In this document: one piece after another, positions 18,663 to 27,635 of the stretch
How the letters are laid out: every line of letters begins with the position of its first letter
Position numbering within the stretch: the first letter of the stretch is position 1
Assembly: GCA_027593235.1 (NCBI GenBank)
Contig: JAQCIU010000038.1
Coordinates: 1-30,194, forward strand
Source: Chloroflexota bacterium
GTDB lineage: Bacteria; Chloroflexota; Dehalococcoidia; UBA2979
Length of the DNA: 30,194 bases
Direction: 5' to 3'
Position numbers and translations under genes: made by a program
The notes under the pieces: generated by a model
The model's database searches: none
Told to the model about the DNA's origin: nothing
Seen by the model: the letters and a program-made list of their open reading frames with translations, nothing else

Positions 18663-20024
18663 TCAGGCGATGCGGCGGGCCTGTTCTACCATCTCGCGGA
18701 GGCTGCCGATGTCGCGCTGTGTCTCGGGATCGATCGCGAGCGAGCGTTCCATTTTGCGCCAGCCGTGGTGGACGGTGGAGTGATCGCGTCCACCGAGGGC
18801 GTCGCCGATTTCGACGAGCGAGCGGTGGGCGAGTTCGCGCATGAGGTACATGGCGATCTGGCGTGGGTAGGCGACGCGCTTCTCGCGGCTCTTCGAGAGC
18901 AGGCTCTCCTGATCGATGTCGAAGTAGCGGCAGACGGTCTCGATGATGAGGCCGGGTGACGGGGGCAGGCGCGGCTCGGTGGGCTCGAGTGAGGAGAGCG
19001 CCGACTGCACGAGTTCTGGCGTTAGCGGCTCACGGGTGAGCCGGCTATAGGCGAGCACGCGGGTGAGCGAGCCCTCGAGTTCGCGGATGTTCTTCTTGAA
19101 GCGGGCAGCGATGACGTGGAGGACGGCGTCCGGCACCACGGCGCCCTGTTCGCGGGCCTTCGAGCGGAGGATGGCGACGCGGGTCTCCATGTCCGGAGCC
19201 TGGACGTCGGCGATCATGCCCCACTCAAAGCGGGTGCGAAGCCGTTCTTCGAGGTGCGGGATCAGCGCGGGGCTCTTGTCCGAGGTGATGACGATCTGGT
19301 GACCGGTCTCGTAGAGCTCGTTGAAGGTGTGGAAGAACTCTTCCTGGGTCTGCTCCTTGCCGGCGATGAACTGAATGTCATCGATGAGGAGGGCGTCCGC
19401 TTCGCGGTACTGCTTGCGGAACTCCTCCATCTTGCGGCCCTGGATGGCAGTGATGAGCTGGTTGGTGAAGGACTCGGCGCTGACGTAGAGCACGTGCAGA
19501 TCGCGCTCGACGAGCATGTGGCCGACGGCCTGCAGGAGGTGCGTCTTGCCGAGGCCGGCTGCGCCGTAGAGGAAGAGTGGGTTGTAGCGATCGCCAGGTG
19601 AATCGGCGGCGCCGCGTGCAGCGGCGGCGGCCAGTTCATTGCCCTTGCCGACGATGAAGCGATCGAAGGTGTAGCGCTCGCGGAGGCGAGGGCGGGGGCT
19701 GGCCGCGCGTGGCGCGGGGGACTCAACGGAGTCCAGGGCGGAAGCGTGATCCATGTCCGCTCGTAACGGTTCGAAAGCTACGTCCACGCTGTGCCCGGCA
19801 ATCTCGCTGAGGGATCGGATGATGGAGGGGCGGAGGCGCTTCTGGAGCCACTCGGTGACGAACTCCGAACGCGTGCCAACGACGAGGGTGTCGTCGACGA
19901 GGCGAACGCCCTCGGTCCCGTCGAGCCAGGTGTCGTAATTGGCGCGAGACACCTGTGACGCGAGATCGCGTAAGGCCGCGTGCCAAAAGGCCGCAGGATC
20001 GTTTAGCACGCGTTCGCCCGGCAT
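18663..20024 (-). CDS. dnaA: Chromosomal replication initiator DnaA
   Basis: YTFDRFIVG, YNPLFLYGAAGLGKTHLL, LLIDDIQF, QEEFFHTFN, RLRTRFEWG, NIRELEG, PRQIAMYL, GGRDHSTV; GGGAG RBS before ATG 20024. Confidence 0.97.
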   Translation of the reverse strand: MPGERVLNDPAAFWHAALRDLASQVSRANYDTWLDGTEGVRLVDDTLVVGTRSEFVTEWLQKRLRPSIIRSLSEIAGHSVDVAFEPLRADMDHASALDSVESPAPRAASPRPRLRERYTFDRFIVGKGNELAAAAARGAADSPGDRYNPLFLYGAAGLGKTHLLQAVGHMLVERDLHVLYVSAESFTNQLITAIQGRKMEEFRKQYREADALLIDDIQFIAGKEQTQEEFFHTFNELYETGHQIVITSDKSPALIPHLEERLRTRFEWGMIADVQAPDMETRVAILRSKAREQGAVVPDAVLHVIAARFKKNIRELEGSLTRVLAYSRLTREPLTPELVQSALSSLEPTEPRLPPSPGLIIETVCRYFDIDQESLLSKSREKRVAYPRQIAMYLMRELAHRSLVEIGDALGGRDHSTVHHGWRKMERSLAIDPETQRDIGSLREMVEQARRIA

Positions 20025-20090
20025 CGACGCTCCCCGCCGCGTCGCGACCCACGACCGGAACCGACAGCCGCGCGCTTGCGCGTGAACCAC

Positions 20091-20121
20091 TTATCCACGT
20101 TGGTGGATAGCTTGTGGATTC
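20091..20121. promoter_or_regulatory. Cluster of three DnaA boxes in the dnaA leader (autoregulation or second origin half)
   Basis: TTATCCACG (+) 20091-20099, CTATCCACC (-) 20102-20110, GAATCCACA (-) 20113-20121. Confidence 0.7.
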
Positions 20122-20243
20122 CCTGCCAGATACCGATCGTTCGCGGGCGATGCGCCCGCGGCGGGTCAGTCGTTAAGTCCGCCCCCAGCAATCCGTCGAC
20201 CGATTCGCCGCATGAACCGACGCCGTCTCGCTGACCGGGCGGG

Positions 20244-20273
20244 AATGTAGCACCGGCCGATCAGGCCGATCAA
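20244..20273 (-). promoter_or_regulatory. Putative sigma70-type dnaA promoter
   Basis: TTGATC - 18 nt - TACATT with a TG extension, on the minus strand. Confidence 0.55.
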
Positions 20274-20374
20274 GGAGGTTATGTGGAGTCGCTCGGAAAT
20301 AACCGAATCCCCATCCGCGAACGTTGTGGCGAGGGGTTCGGGTAGTGATGGACGCGGCAGATCCGAGGCCTCGC

Positions 20375-20380
20375 TATACT
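20375..20380 (+). promoter_or_regulatory. Putative -10 (TATACT) for coaX-coaBC
   Basis: TATACT about 100 nt upstream of ATG 20481; no well-spaced -35 seen. Confidence 0.45.
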
Positions 20381-20480
20381 GCCGCGACGACGAGCAACAG
20401 ACTCGCTGTTCGCCCCGCAAGCCGCTGACCGAGCGGACGAGATGCTCGTCCTGGCAGCGGACCATTCGACGGGAACCGCC

Positions 20481-21281
20481 ATGGCTCCGCAACGCGACCC
20501 CGAGCTGCTGTTGGCGATCGACATTGGCAACACGAGTATTGCGATCGGCCTCTTCGACGGCGATGAACTGGCGGCGACGTTCCGGGTGGCGACGGACCAG
20601 GACAACTTCGCGGACGAGTACGCGATGCTCGTGATCGGTCTGCTGCGCAGCGTGGATATTGAACCGAGCCGCGTGAGCGCGGCGATCATGTCGTCCACGG
20701 TGCCATCGCTGTTGGGGACGTTTCGCCAGGTCTGCCGTCGCTACTTCGATGTGGACGCGCTGGTGGTGGGCCCAGGGATCAAGACGGGGATCCGGGTGCT
20801 GTACGACAACCCGCGCGAGGTGGGGCCGGACCGCGTCCTGCACGCGGTGGCGGCGCTGGACAAGTACGAGCCGCCGCTGGTGATCGTGGATCTGGGCACG
20901 GCCTGCGTGTTCGATGCGGTGTCGGCGGACGGCGATTACCTGGGCGGGGCGATCGCGCCGGGCATCGGGCTTGCTTCGCAGGCGCTGTTCAACAGCGCGG
21001 CGATGCTGCACCGGGTGAGCCTGGAACGGCCGGACGGGCCGATCGGGCGGAACTCCGTGCATTCGATGCAGGCGGGAATCTTCTTCGGCTACGTGGAGAT
21101 GGTGCGCGGGATGGTGCGGCGCTTCAAAGAGGTGCTGGACGACGGCGGAAACCACCACACCACGGTGATCGGGACGGGCGGCTACGCCGAGGTGATCGGC
21201 AAAGAGGTCGGCTGTTTCGACCACGTGGAAGCCGATCTGAACCTCGAGGGCCTGCGCCTGGTCTACGAGGCGAACCAGTAG
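20481..21281 (+). CDS. coaX: Type III pantothenate kinase
   Basis: LLAIDIGNT, YDNPREVGPDR, IVDLGTA, YLGGAIAPG, IGTGG; adjacent to coaBC. Confidence 0.95.
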   Translation: MAPQRDPELLLAIDIGNTSIAIGLFDGDELAATFRVATDQDNFADEYAMLVIGLLRSVDIEPSRVSAAIMSSTVPSLLGTFRQVCRRYFDVDALVVGPGIKTGIRVLYDNPREVGPDRVLHAVAALDKYEPPLVIVDLGTACVFDAVSADGDYLGGAIAPGIGLASQALFNSAAMLHRVSLERPDGPIGRNSVHSMQAGIFFGYVEMVRGMVRRFKEVLDDGGNHHTTVIGTGGYAEVIGKEVGCFDHVEADLNLEGLRLVYEANQ

Positions 21282-21330
21282 CCGTTCCGCGCGTGTACGG
21301 GCGTCAGCAGCGGCTGCGCCGGGGGGATCC

Positions 21331-22557
21331 ATGACCAACCACATCGTTTCGTCGGCAGGGCCGCTAGACGACCGGCACATCGTGCTGGGGGTGACGGGAT
21401 CGATCGCCAGTTACAAGGCGCTCGATATCGCGAGCCAGCTAGTGCAGGCGGGCGCGGTGGTGGACGTGGCGATGACGGCGAGCGCGACGGAGTTCGTGCC
21501 GCCGTTGACGTTCCGATCGCTGACGGCGCGCGAGCCGTACGTGGACATGTGGCACCCGCACGGTGAGTTTGGCGAGGCGCACGTGGAGCTGGCGCGGCGG
21601 GCGGATCTGATGCTGATCGCGCCGGTGTCAGCATCGACGATGGCGCGGCTGGCGCACGGCCTGGCCGAGGACTTCGTTTCATTGACGGCGCTGGCGACGC
21701 AGGCGCCGCTGCTGCTGGCGCCGGCGATGGATGCGCAGATGTGGTCGCACCCGGCGACGCAGGCAAACCGCGCGCTGCTGGCGGAACGCGGCGTGCAGTT
21801 CGTCGGACCGGCCGAGGGCCGGCTGGCCTCCGGGCGCGTGGGCGCCGGGCGGCTGGTGGATCCGGCGCGGATCGTCGCGGAGGTGCGGGCGCGGATTGGA
21901 CGAGAGCGCGGCGACTTCCGCGGGCGCACGGTGATCGTGTCGGCCGGCGGGACGCGCGAGGCGATCGACCCGGTGCGTTATGTAGGGAACCATTCGAGCG
22001 GGAAGATGGGGAACGCGATCGCGGAGGCGGCGCGGGACCGGGGCGCGCGGGTGATCCTGGTGACGACGGTGCCGGGGATCGCGCCGGCGGCGGTCGAGGT
22101 GGTAGCGGTGAGTTCGGCGGCCTCGATGATGGCGGCGATCCACGAGGCTGCGCCGCGCGCGGACGCGCTGATCATGGCGGCGGCGGTGGCGGACTACCGA
22201 CCGGCAGCGCCAGCGGACCGGAAGATCAAGCGCGCCGACACGGGCGATATGTCGATCGAGCTGGCGGAGAACCCGGACATCATCGCGTCGGTGACGGGGA
22301 CGCTGGTGAAGGTGGCGTTCGCCGCGGAGACGAACGATCTGATCGCCAACGCGACGAAGAAGCTATCGGCCAAGGGCGCGGCGCTGATCGTGGCGAACGA
22401 CGTGACGGCGACCGACGCGGGATTCGGGACGGACACGAACCGGATCACGATCCTGGATACGGGCGGCGGGAGCGAAGTGGTGCCGCTGATGTCGAAGTAC
22501 GGCTGCGCGATGCGGATCCTTGATCGCGTTGCACCCTTGCTGCCGAAGCGCGGCTAA
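21331..22557 (+). CDS. coaBC: Bifunctional phosphopantothenoylcysteine decarboxylase/ligase
   Basis: LGVTGSIASYK, AHVELA, APAMDAQMW, AGGTREAIDPVRYVGNHSSGKMG, AAAVADY, FAAET, IVANDV. Confidence 0.95.
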   Translation: MTNHIVSSAGPLDDRHIVLGVTGSIASYKALDIASQLVQAGAVVDVAMTASATEFVPPLTFRSLTAREPYVDMWHPHGEFGEAHVELARRADLMLIAPVSASTMARLAHGLAEDFVSLTALATQAPLLLAPAMDAQMWSHPATQANRALLAERGVQFVGPAEGRLASGRVGAGRLVDPARIVAEVRARIGRERGDFRGRTVIVSAGGTREAIDPVRYVGNHSSGKMGNAIAEAARDRGARVILVTTVPGIAPAAVEVVAVSSAASMMAAIHEAAPRADALIMAAAVADYRPAAPADRKIKRADTGDMSIELAENPDIIASVTGTLVKVAFAAETNDLIANATKKLSAKGAALIVANDVTATDAGFGTDTNRITILDTGGGSEVVPLMSKYGCAMRILDRVAPLLPKRG

Positions 22558-22580
22558 CGCATGGCCGGGCCGGTGCGCGG

Positions 22581-23138
22581 CTAGCGCGCCGGCAGCGAGC
22601 GCACCAGATCGGCGAAGGCGGACCAGCCCTCGACGGCCTGCAGGCCCGGGGGGCGCGCGAGATCGCGGTGGTGCGGGAGTTCGAAGAGCACGGGCAGGAC
22701 GCCGGCGGCGAGCAGATCCGCGCCGTGGCGGATGATGTCGTCGTCGAGGAGCAGCTCGATTCCGAGGGTGTGGCAGATCGCGGTCTTGGGGGCCGATGCG
22801 GTGTGCACGACGCGGATCGGGAGGCCGCGCGCGTTGAGCCAGCGGCGCGCGAAGGCGGCCTGGTGTCCGTTGCGCGCGGTGACGATGGTGACCTCGTGAT
22901 CCGCGGTGAGGCTGCCGAGGGTGTCCAGGGCGTCCTGTTGCGGCGGGGTGAACGCGGTGAGCGGCCCCCAGATGGCGTCGCCCATCTGCTGGTAGCGTTC
23001 CGCGCCGATGATCGGCGTGGCACCGGCGCGCATGACCTGGTGCTCGCTGAGCTGGACGTCCCAGCGTCGCGCGGCGTACTGGCGCTGCATACCGGCGGCG
23101 TCGGTGACGGTGCCATCGAAATCGATACCGAGTCGCAC
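22581..23138 (-). CDS. HAD-superfamily 5'(3')-nucleotidase-like (NT5C-type) protein
   Basis: Motif I GIDFDGT, motif II IVTAR, motif III K, motif IV LLDDD. Confidence 0.8.
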   Translation of the reverse strand: MRLGIDFDGTVTDAAGMQRQYAARRWDVQLSEHQVMRAGATPIIGAERYQQMGDAIWGPLTAFTPPQQDALDTLGSLTADHEVTIVTARNGHQAAFARRWLNARGLPIRVVHTASAPKTAICHTLGIELLLDDDIIRHGADLLAAGVLPVLFELPHHRDLARPPGLQAVEGWSAFADLVRSLPAR

Positions 23139-23142
23139 CGGT

Positions 23143-23529
23143 CTAGCCGACGTTCTCGCGCGGGGTCTGGAGGAGTTGGAGTGTGTTGCCGTCCGGATCC
23201 TGGAAGGTGGCGACCCAGCCGCCCCATGGCTCCTGTTCCGGCTCGCGGGAGAACTGGACGCCGTTGGCGCGGAGGCGCGCGGCGACGGCGTGAATGTCCG
23301 AGACCGCGAGGTTGATCATCAGGCGCAGCGGATCCGGGTTCGTCCCGGAGACGGCGTGGTGGACCGAGACCGTCAACCGCTGTGTGCCCCAGTCGAAATT
23401 GACGAAACGCGGGCGATCCGAGCGCGGGGTGAGGCCGAGCGTGTCGACGTAGAACGCACGCATCGCTGCGTAGCGATCGGCGTGCGTCCAGAGGAGGACG
23501 CCGGAGAGGCCCTCGATGGTGTCGCTCAG
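23143..23529 (-). CDS. VOC/glyoxalase family protein (probable CTG start)
   Basis: AFYVDTLGL, INLAVSDI, LRANGV, EPWGG, FQDPDGNTLQL; GGGGAGG RBS 6 nt before CTG 23529. Confidence 0.85.
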   Translation of the reverse strand: MSDTIEGLSGVLLWTHADRYAAMRAFYVDTLGLTPRSDRPRFVNFDWGTQRLTVSVHHAVSGTNPDPLRLMINLAVSDIHAVAARLRANGVQFSREPEQEPWGGWVATFQDPDGNTLQLLQTPRENVG

Positions 23530-23567
23530 CGCGGGCCTCCCCTCGGCTCGCGGCGGTTCGCGGGCGG

Positions 23568-25076
23568 CTAGCCGGCGCGGTTGAGGACGAGCTGGACGAG
23601 GGTGCGGACCGGGATGCCCGACGCGCCCTTCGCCCATTCGCCCTTGTCGGCGGAGACGTTCATGACGCCGGCGATGTCCAGGTGCACCCAGGGGGTGTCC
23701 CCCGCGAAGGCCTGGAGGAACTTGGCGGCGGTGATCGAGCCGGCGGGGCGACCGCCGGTGTTCTTCAGATCGGCGATGTCGGACTTGATGAGCTGGTTGT
23801 ATTCGTCATCGAGCGGCATGCGCCAGTAGCGCTCGCCCGCGCCGTCGCCGGCGCTTTCGAGCTGCGACCAGAGGCGGTCGTTGTTGCTGAAGCCGCCGAC
23901 GCGGACGTCGCCGAGGGCGACGGTCATCGCGCCGGTGAGGGTGGCGACATCGATCACCGCAACGGCGCCCTGGGACTTCGCGTAGGCGATGCCGTCGGCG
24001 AGGACGAGGCGACCTTCGGCGTCGGTGTTGACGACCTCGATGGACTGTCCGTCCATGGCGTAGACGACGTCACCGGGCTTGGTGGCGGAGCCGCTTGGCA
24101 TGTTTTCGGTGCAGGGTGCGATGGCGATGACGTTGGCGTTGGGCTTGAGCTGGGCGATCGCGGAGATGGCGGCGATGACGCTGGCGGCGCCGCACATGTC
24201 CCACTTCATCGCCTCCATGCCGGCGCCTGGCTTGAGGGAGATGCCGCCGGTATCGAAGGTGATGCCCTTGCCGACCAGGGCGATGTCGTTCCCGCGGCGG
24301 GCGGCGCCCTGGTAGCGGAGGACGATGAACTTCGGTGGTTCGACGGAGCCGTTGGCGACGGAGAGGTAGGAACCCATGCCGAGGCTTTCCGCCTCGCTGC
24401 GCTCGATGACTTCGCACTCGAGGCCGTGCGCGGCGGCGAGGCGTCGGGCCTCTTCGGCGATGACGGTGGGGGTCATGAGGTTGGCGGACTGGTTACCGAG
24501 GTCGCGGGCGAGGTTGGTGGCCTCGGCGAGGATGCGACCGACGCGGGTGCCGCGCTCGGTGGCCGCACGCTGGCGGGCGGTGGCGGCGAAGACGGTGAGG
24601 CCGGTGACGGCGCCGCGGGGGCGATCCGCCTCCCGGGTGTGGTGCTGATCGAAGCGGTAGAGGCCGAGGATGAAGCCCTCGGTGACGGCGCGGGCGGCCT
24701 GTTCCGCGTCGAGCGCGCGGGCGACGGCGGCGGGGGCGCTGAGCAGGACCTTGCCGGCGTTCATGCCGCGGAGGACGCGGGCGAGGTTGCCTGCGGCGGT
24801 ACGGAGCTGGGCGGCCGAGACCTCGGCGATGCGATCGCCGGCTTCGACGACGACGATGCGCTTGACGCGCGCGCGCGCCGGAGCGGGGAATTCGAGGGTG
24901 TGCCCGGCGACGCCGGTGAAGAGGCCCTGGGACTGGGCGCGTGCGATCGCGCCACCGAGGCGTTGATCGGCGGTGGCGGTGTCGCCTGTGAGGCGGCGGC
25001 TGCCCTGGGGTGCGAAGACGACGGCGGTGTCGCCGGCCTGCTCGAACAGATCGCCTGTACCGACCTCGATCTCCAC
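23568..25076 (-). CDS. pepA: Leucyl aminopeptidase (M17)
   Basis: VGKGITFDTGGISLK, MKWDMCGAA, NTDAEGRLVLAD, ATLTGA, WVHLDIAG. Confidence 0.95.
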   Translation of the reverse strand: MEIEVGTGDLFEQAGDTAVVFAPQGSRRLTGDTATADQRLGGAIARAQSQGLFTGVAGHTLEFPAPARARVKRIVVVEAGDRIAEVSAAQLRTAAGNLARVLRGMNAGKVLLSAPAAVARALDAEQAARAVTEGFILGLYRFDQHHTREADRPRGAVTGLTVFAATARQRAATERGTRVGRILAEATNLARDLGNQSANLMTPTVIAEEARRLAAAHGLECEVIERSEAESLGMGSYLSVANGSVEPPKFIVLRYQGAARRGNDIALVGKGITFDTGGISLKPGAGMEAMKWDMCGAASVIAAISAIAQLKPNANVIAIAPCTENMPSGSATKPGDVVYAMDGQSIEVVNTDAEGRLVLADGIAYAKSQGAVAVIDVATLTGAMTVALGDVRVGGFSNNDRLWSQLESAGDGAGERYWRMPLDDEYNQLIKSDIADLKNTGGRPAGSITAAKFLQAFAGDTPWVHLDIAGVMNVSADKGEWAKGASGIPVRTLVQLVLNRAG

Positions 25077-25266
25077 GTGGTAGCTCCGTCTTCTCGCGCG
25101 GCTGGTGCGCGTGGGTTGCTCGATCCGCCCGGCGGGAGGTTGCGGGGAGCATAGGAGGCTGCCGAGAGCCGAACAACAGTGCCGCGCGTGTCCGGACCAG
25201 CGGATGGCGCTCCGGTACGATCGGCCGGCGTTCCTCGATGGGTGTGGCGATGGGGTTGAGCGACGG

Positions 25267-26076
25267 ATGCGACTGAAGGTCTACCGCTACTTGCACGAGA
25301 CCACGGCGCCATCGCGGGCGGGCCTCGCGTGGTTCGATCTGATCGAGCTTGGGCTGGTGGCGCTGGGGTTTCTGGCGTACTTCCTCGTGCGCGGAGCAGT
25401 GGTCGATCAAACGGACACGGCGATGGCGAACGCGCGCTGGATCGTGGAGCTCCAGGATCGGCTGGGGCTGTTCATTGAGCCGGACGTGAATCAGTGGGCG
25501 TTGGACGCGCACTGGCGGGTGCGGCTGTTCAACTTCGTCTACTTCTGGCTCGATTTCCCGTTGATCGTCGGGGTGGGGCTGCTGCTGTTCTGGAAGCAGC
25601 GGACCTTCTACACGCTGCTGCGAGATGGGCTACTGATCTCGGGGGCGTTCGCGCTGCTGATGTACTGGAGCTACCCGGTGGCTCCGCCGCGTTACCTGAC
25701 CGAGTGGGGCTTTGTGGACACGCTGCAGCAGTTTTCCGACCTGCAATACCAGGCGCAGTCGATGGCCGCGTTCGTGAACCCGTTCGCGGCGGTGCCGTCG
25801 CTGCACGTTGGGTGGTCAGTGATCCTGGTGATCGTGGTGTTCCGAGCGACGGAGCGGTGGGCGTGGCGGCTAGCGGCGGTGGCGGCGCTGTTGTTGCAGT
25901 CGGTGGCCGTAGTGGCGACGGCGAACCACTACATCCTCGACGGGGTGATCGGGGCGGTGGTCTGCCTAGTCGCGCTGGCGCTGGCGCTGTGGCTTCAGCG
26001 CAGCGGGTACCCGGCGGCGCGGCGCTGGCTCGGCGTACGGGTGGCGCGCGCCGAGGGCGATCTGGTCGCGACCTAG
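25267..26076 (+). CDS. PAP2-family membrane protein (Aur1/IPC-synthase-like)
   Basis: YPVAPPR, NPFAAVPSLHVGW, TANHYILD; several TM segments; ATG 25267 inferred. Confidence 0.88.
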   Translation: MRLKVYRYLHETTAPSRAGLAWFDLIELGLVALGFLAYFLVRGAVVDQTDTAMANARWIVELQDRLGLFIEPDVNQWALDAHWRVRLFNFVYFWLDFPLIVGVGLLLFWKQRTFYTLLRDGLLISGAFALLMYWSYPVAPPRYLTEWGFVDTLQQFSDLQYQAQSMAAFVNPFAAVPSLHVGWSVILVIVVFRATERWAWRLAAVAALLLQSVAVVATANHYILDGVIGAVVCLVALALALWLQRSGYPAARRWLGVRVARAEGDLVAT

Positions 26077-26092
26077 CGGCACCGAGGGGCGC

Positions 26093-26893
26093 TCAGTCCG
26101 GTTGGCCCTCGATGGGATCTTCGTACCAGGCGACCGCGAGCACGCGCGGGCCGAGCCGGGTGGCGGCGTGGCGCGTGATCGGCGCGACGACGAGGCGTGC
26201 AGGCGCCAACTCACGCTCGATCCAGCGGGCGAGGGCGTCCGCGCCGGGGCCGGCCGACGCGTGCTGGACCGCGACGTGCGCTCGCGCGGGCGCCGTGACG
26301 CTCTCCGCGAAGCGATCGCGGAGCAGCGCGAGTGCCGCTTCCCGCCTGGTCGGGCGGCTGATGATCGAGACCTCAGGGCCGCGCAGGTAGACGAGGGCGC
26401 GGTGACGGACGATGCCGAGTTCGGCGTTCCCGGCGGCGCTGGCCATCTCCGGGTGTTCGAGCATGACGAGGACGTTGACCGCCGCGCGCACGCGGCGCGC
26501 CGCGGCGAGGGCTTCGGGGAGACCGCCGCCGTCACGGATCGCCTCGGCGGCGGCGATCGCCTGCCAGCCGGCGCCCATCAAGGCGCCCTCGGTCTGTTCG
26601 ATCGTTACGTCAACTTCGAGGCTGGCGAGCGCGGATTCGAGATCCGGGGGCGTGCCGTAGCCGTCGCCGGCGGCGAGGTAGAGGATCGCGGACGCGCCGC
26701 CCTCGATGGCGGCGTTACAGGCGGCGAGGGCCTCGGCGGTCGGAACAGCGCCGGCTTCGGAGCGGAGGCGGGGGATCGTTTCTTGATCGACGAGCAGTGG
26801 GGCCTCGAGCGGTGCGGTGCGGATACCGAGGGCGGTCTGGAGCGCTGCCGGCAGCGAGGCATCGGCGTCTGTGACAATGGCGAGGGTGGTCAT
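26093..26893 (-). CDS. Divergent DegV/FakB family fatty-acid-binding protein
   Basis: IVTDADASLP, LMGAGWQAIAAAEAI, HVAVQHA, RLGPRVLAVAW resemble DegV landmarks; the length is typical. Confidence 0.7.
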   Translation of the reverse strand: MTTLAIVTDADASLPAALQTALGIRTAPLEAPLLVDQETIPRLRSEAGAVPTAEALAACNAAIEGGASAILYLAAGDGYGTPPDLESALASLEVDVTIEQTEGALMGAGWQAIAAAEAIRDGGGLPEALAAARRVRAAVNVLVMLEHPEMASAAGNAELGIVRHRALVYLRGPEVSIISRPTRREAALALLRDRFAESVTAPARAHVAVQHASAGPGADALARWIERELAPARLVVAPITRHAATRLGPRVLAVAWYEDPIEGQPD

Positions 26894-26988
26894 ACGCGGC
26901 CTCGGGGGTTGGTGTGGGAGCGCGGGGTACCGTGCGTGGAGGCGCGAAGGGTGAGTTGGTTGGGCCTCGAATGGTCGGGGGATACGGA

Positions 26989-27017
26989 TTGCCGGGTCAT
27001 GGGGCCTATGCTAGCGT
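26989..27017 (+). promoter_or_regulatory. rpsO promoter
   Basis: TTGCCG - 17 nt - TAGCGT with a TG extension; the predicted start coincides with the leader stem. Confidence 0.6.
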
Positions 27018-27022
27018 GAGTC

Positions 27023-27074
27023 TCAGCACGAACGGCTCGCCGGGCGCGGGCTGATTCGTTGTGGAGTGTGTTGA
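27023..27074 (+). promoter_or_regulatory. Structured rpsO leader, candidate S15 autoregulatory element
   Basis: tcagcacg (27023-30) pairs with tgtgttga (27067-74), enclosing aacgg/tcgtt and gctcg/cgggc; G-U pairs favour the sense strand. Confidence 0.5.
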
Positions 27075-27106
27075 CGGGTAGAGCAGAACATAGGAACCAG
27101 ATCAGT

Positions 27107-27376
27107 TTGACGCAGACGACCGAACGCAAGACCAACATCATTGAGCAGTTCAAGCAGCACGAAGGCGACACCGGTTCGCCTGAGGTTCAAATCGCCCTTC
27201 TCACCGCCCGGATCGTGCATCTGACGGATCACCTCCGTGAGCACAAGCACGACTACTCCACGCGGCGCGGGCTTCTGAAGCTCGTGGGCCAACGGCGCCG
27301 CCAGCTCCGCTACCTCAGTAACAAGGACGTGGAGCGCTACCACCAGGTAATCCAGGCTCTCGGGCTGCGCCGCTAG
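27107..27376 (+). CDS. rpsO: 30S ribosomal protein S15 (TTG start, 89 aa)
   Basis: [47 protein letters not shown]. Confidence 0.97.
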   Translation: MTQTTERKTNIIEQFKQHEGDTGSPEVQIALLTARIVHLTDHLREHKHDYSTRRGLLKLVGQRRRQLRYLSNKDVERYHQVIQALGLRR

Positions 27377-27395
27377 CGCAGCCCTCTCTGTTTCT
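27362..27395 (+). terminator. Intrinsic terminator overlapping the rpsO stop codon
   Basis: Perfect 9-bp stem gggctgcgc/gcgcagccc with loop cgcta, followed by tctctgtttct. Confidence 0.65.
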
Positions 27396-27635
27396 GGGAT
27401 CCCGTTCCACGGGGTCCTGGTTTCCGGGGTCCCCTCCCGGGGCCCGAGCCATCGAATTGACCGCCGCTTCCGCCCGAGGCGCGAACGGTCGGACCAGGAA
27501 CTTCCGAAGACAGCCGGCGGCGAACCTCGCCCGCCCCGATCCCCCTCTCTTTTCCCGGACTCATGTCGCCCACCAGGACGGTCGGCGGCGGCATTGCGAC
27601 ATCAGAACCAAGTCACACCAGAGAAAGTTCAGCGA

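Noticed and set aside
20272-20634. ORF 20281..20634 preceded by AAGGAGG
   Set aside because: The SD is only 2 nt from the ATG, the peptide is Arg/Ser-rich, and it overlaps coaX out of frame; the site abuts the dnaA -35 on the other strand.
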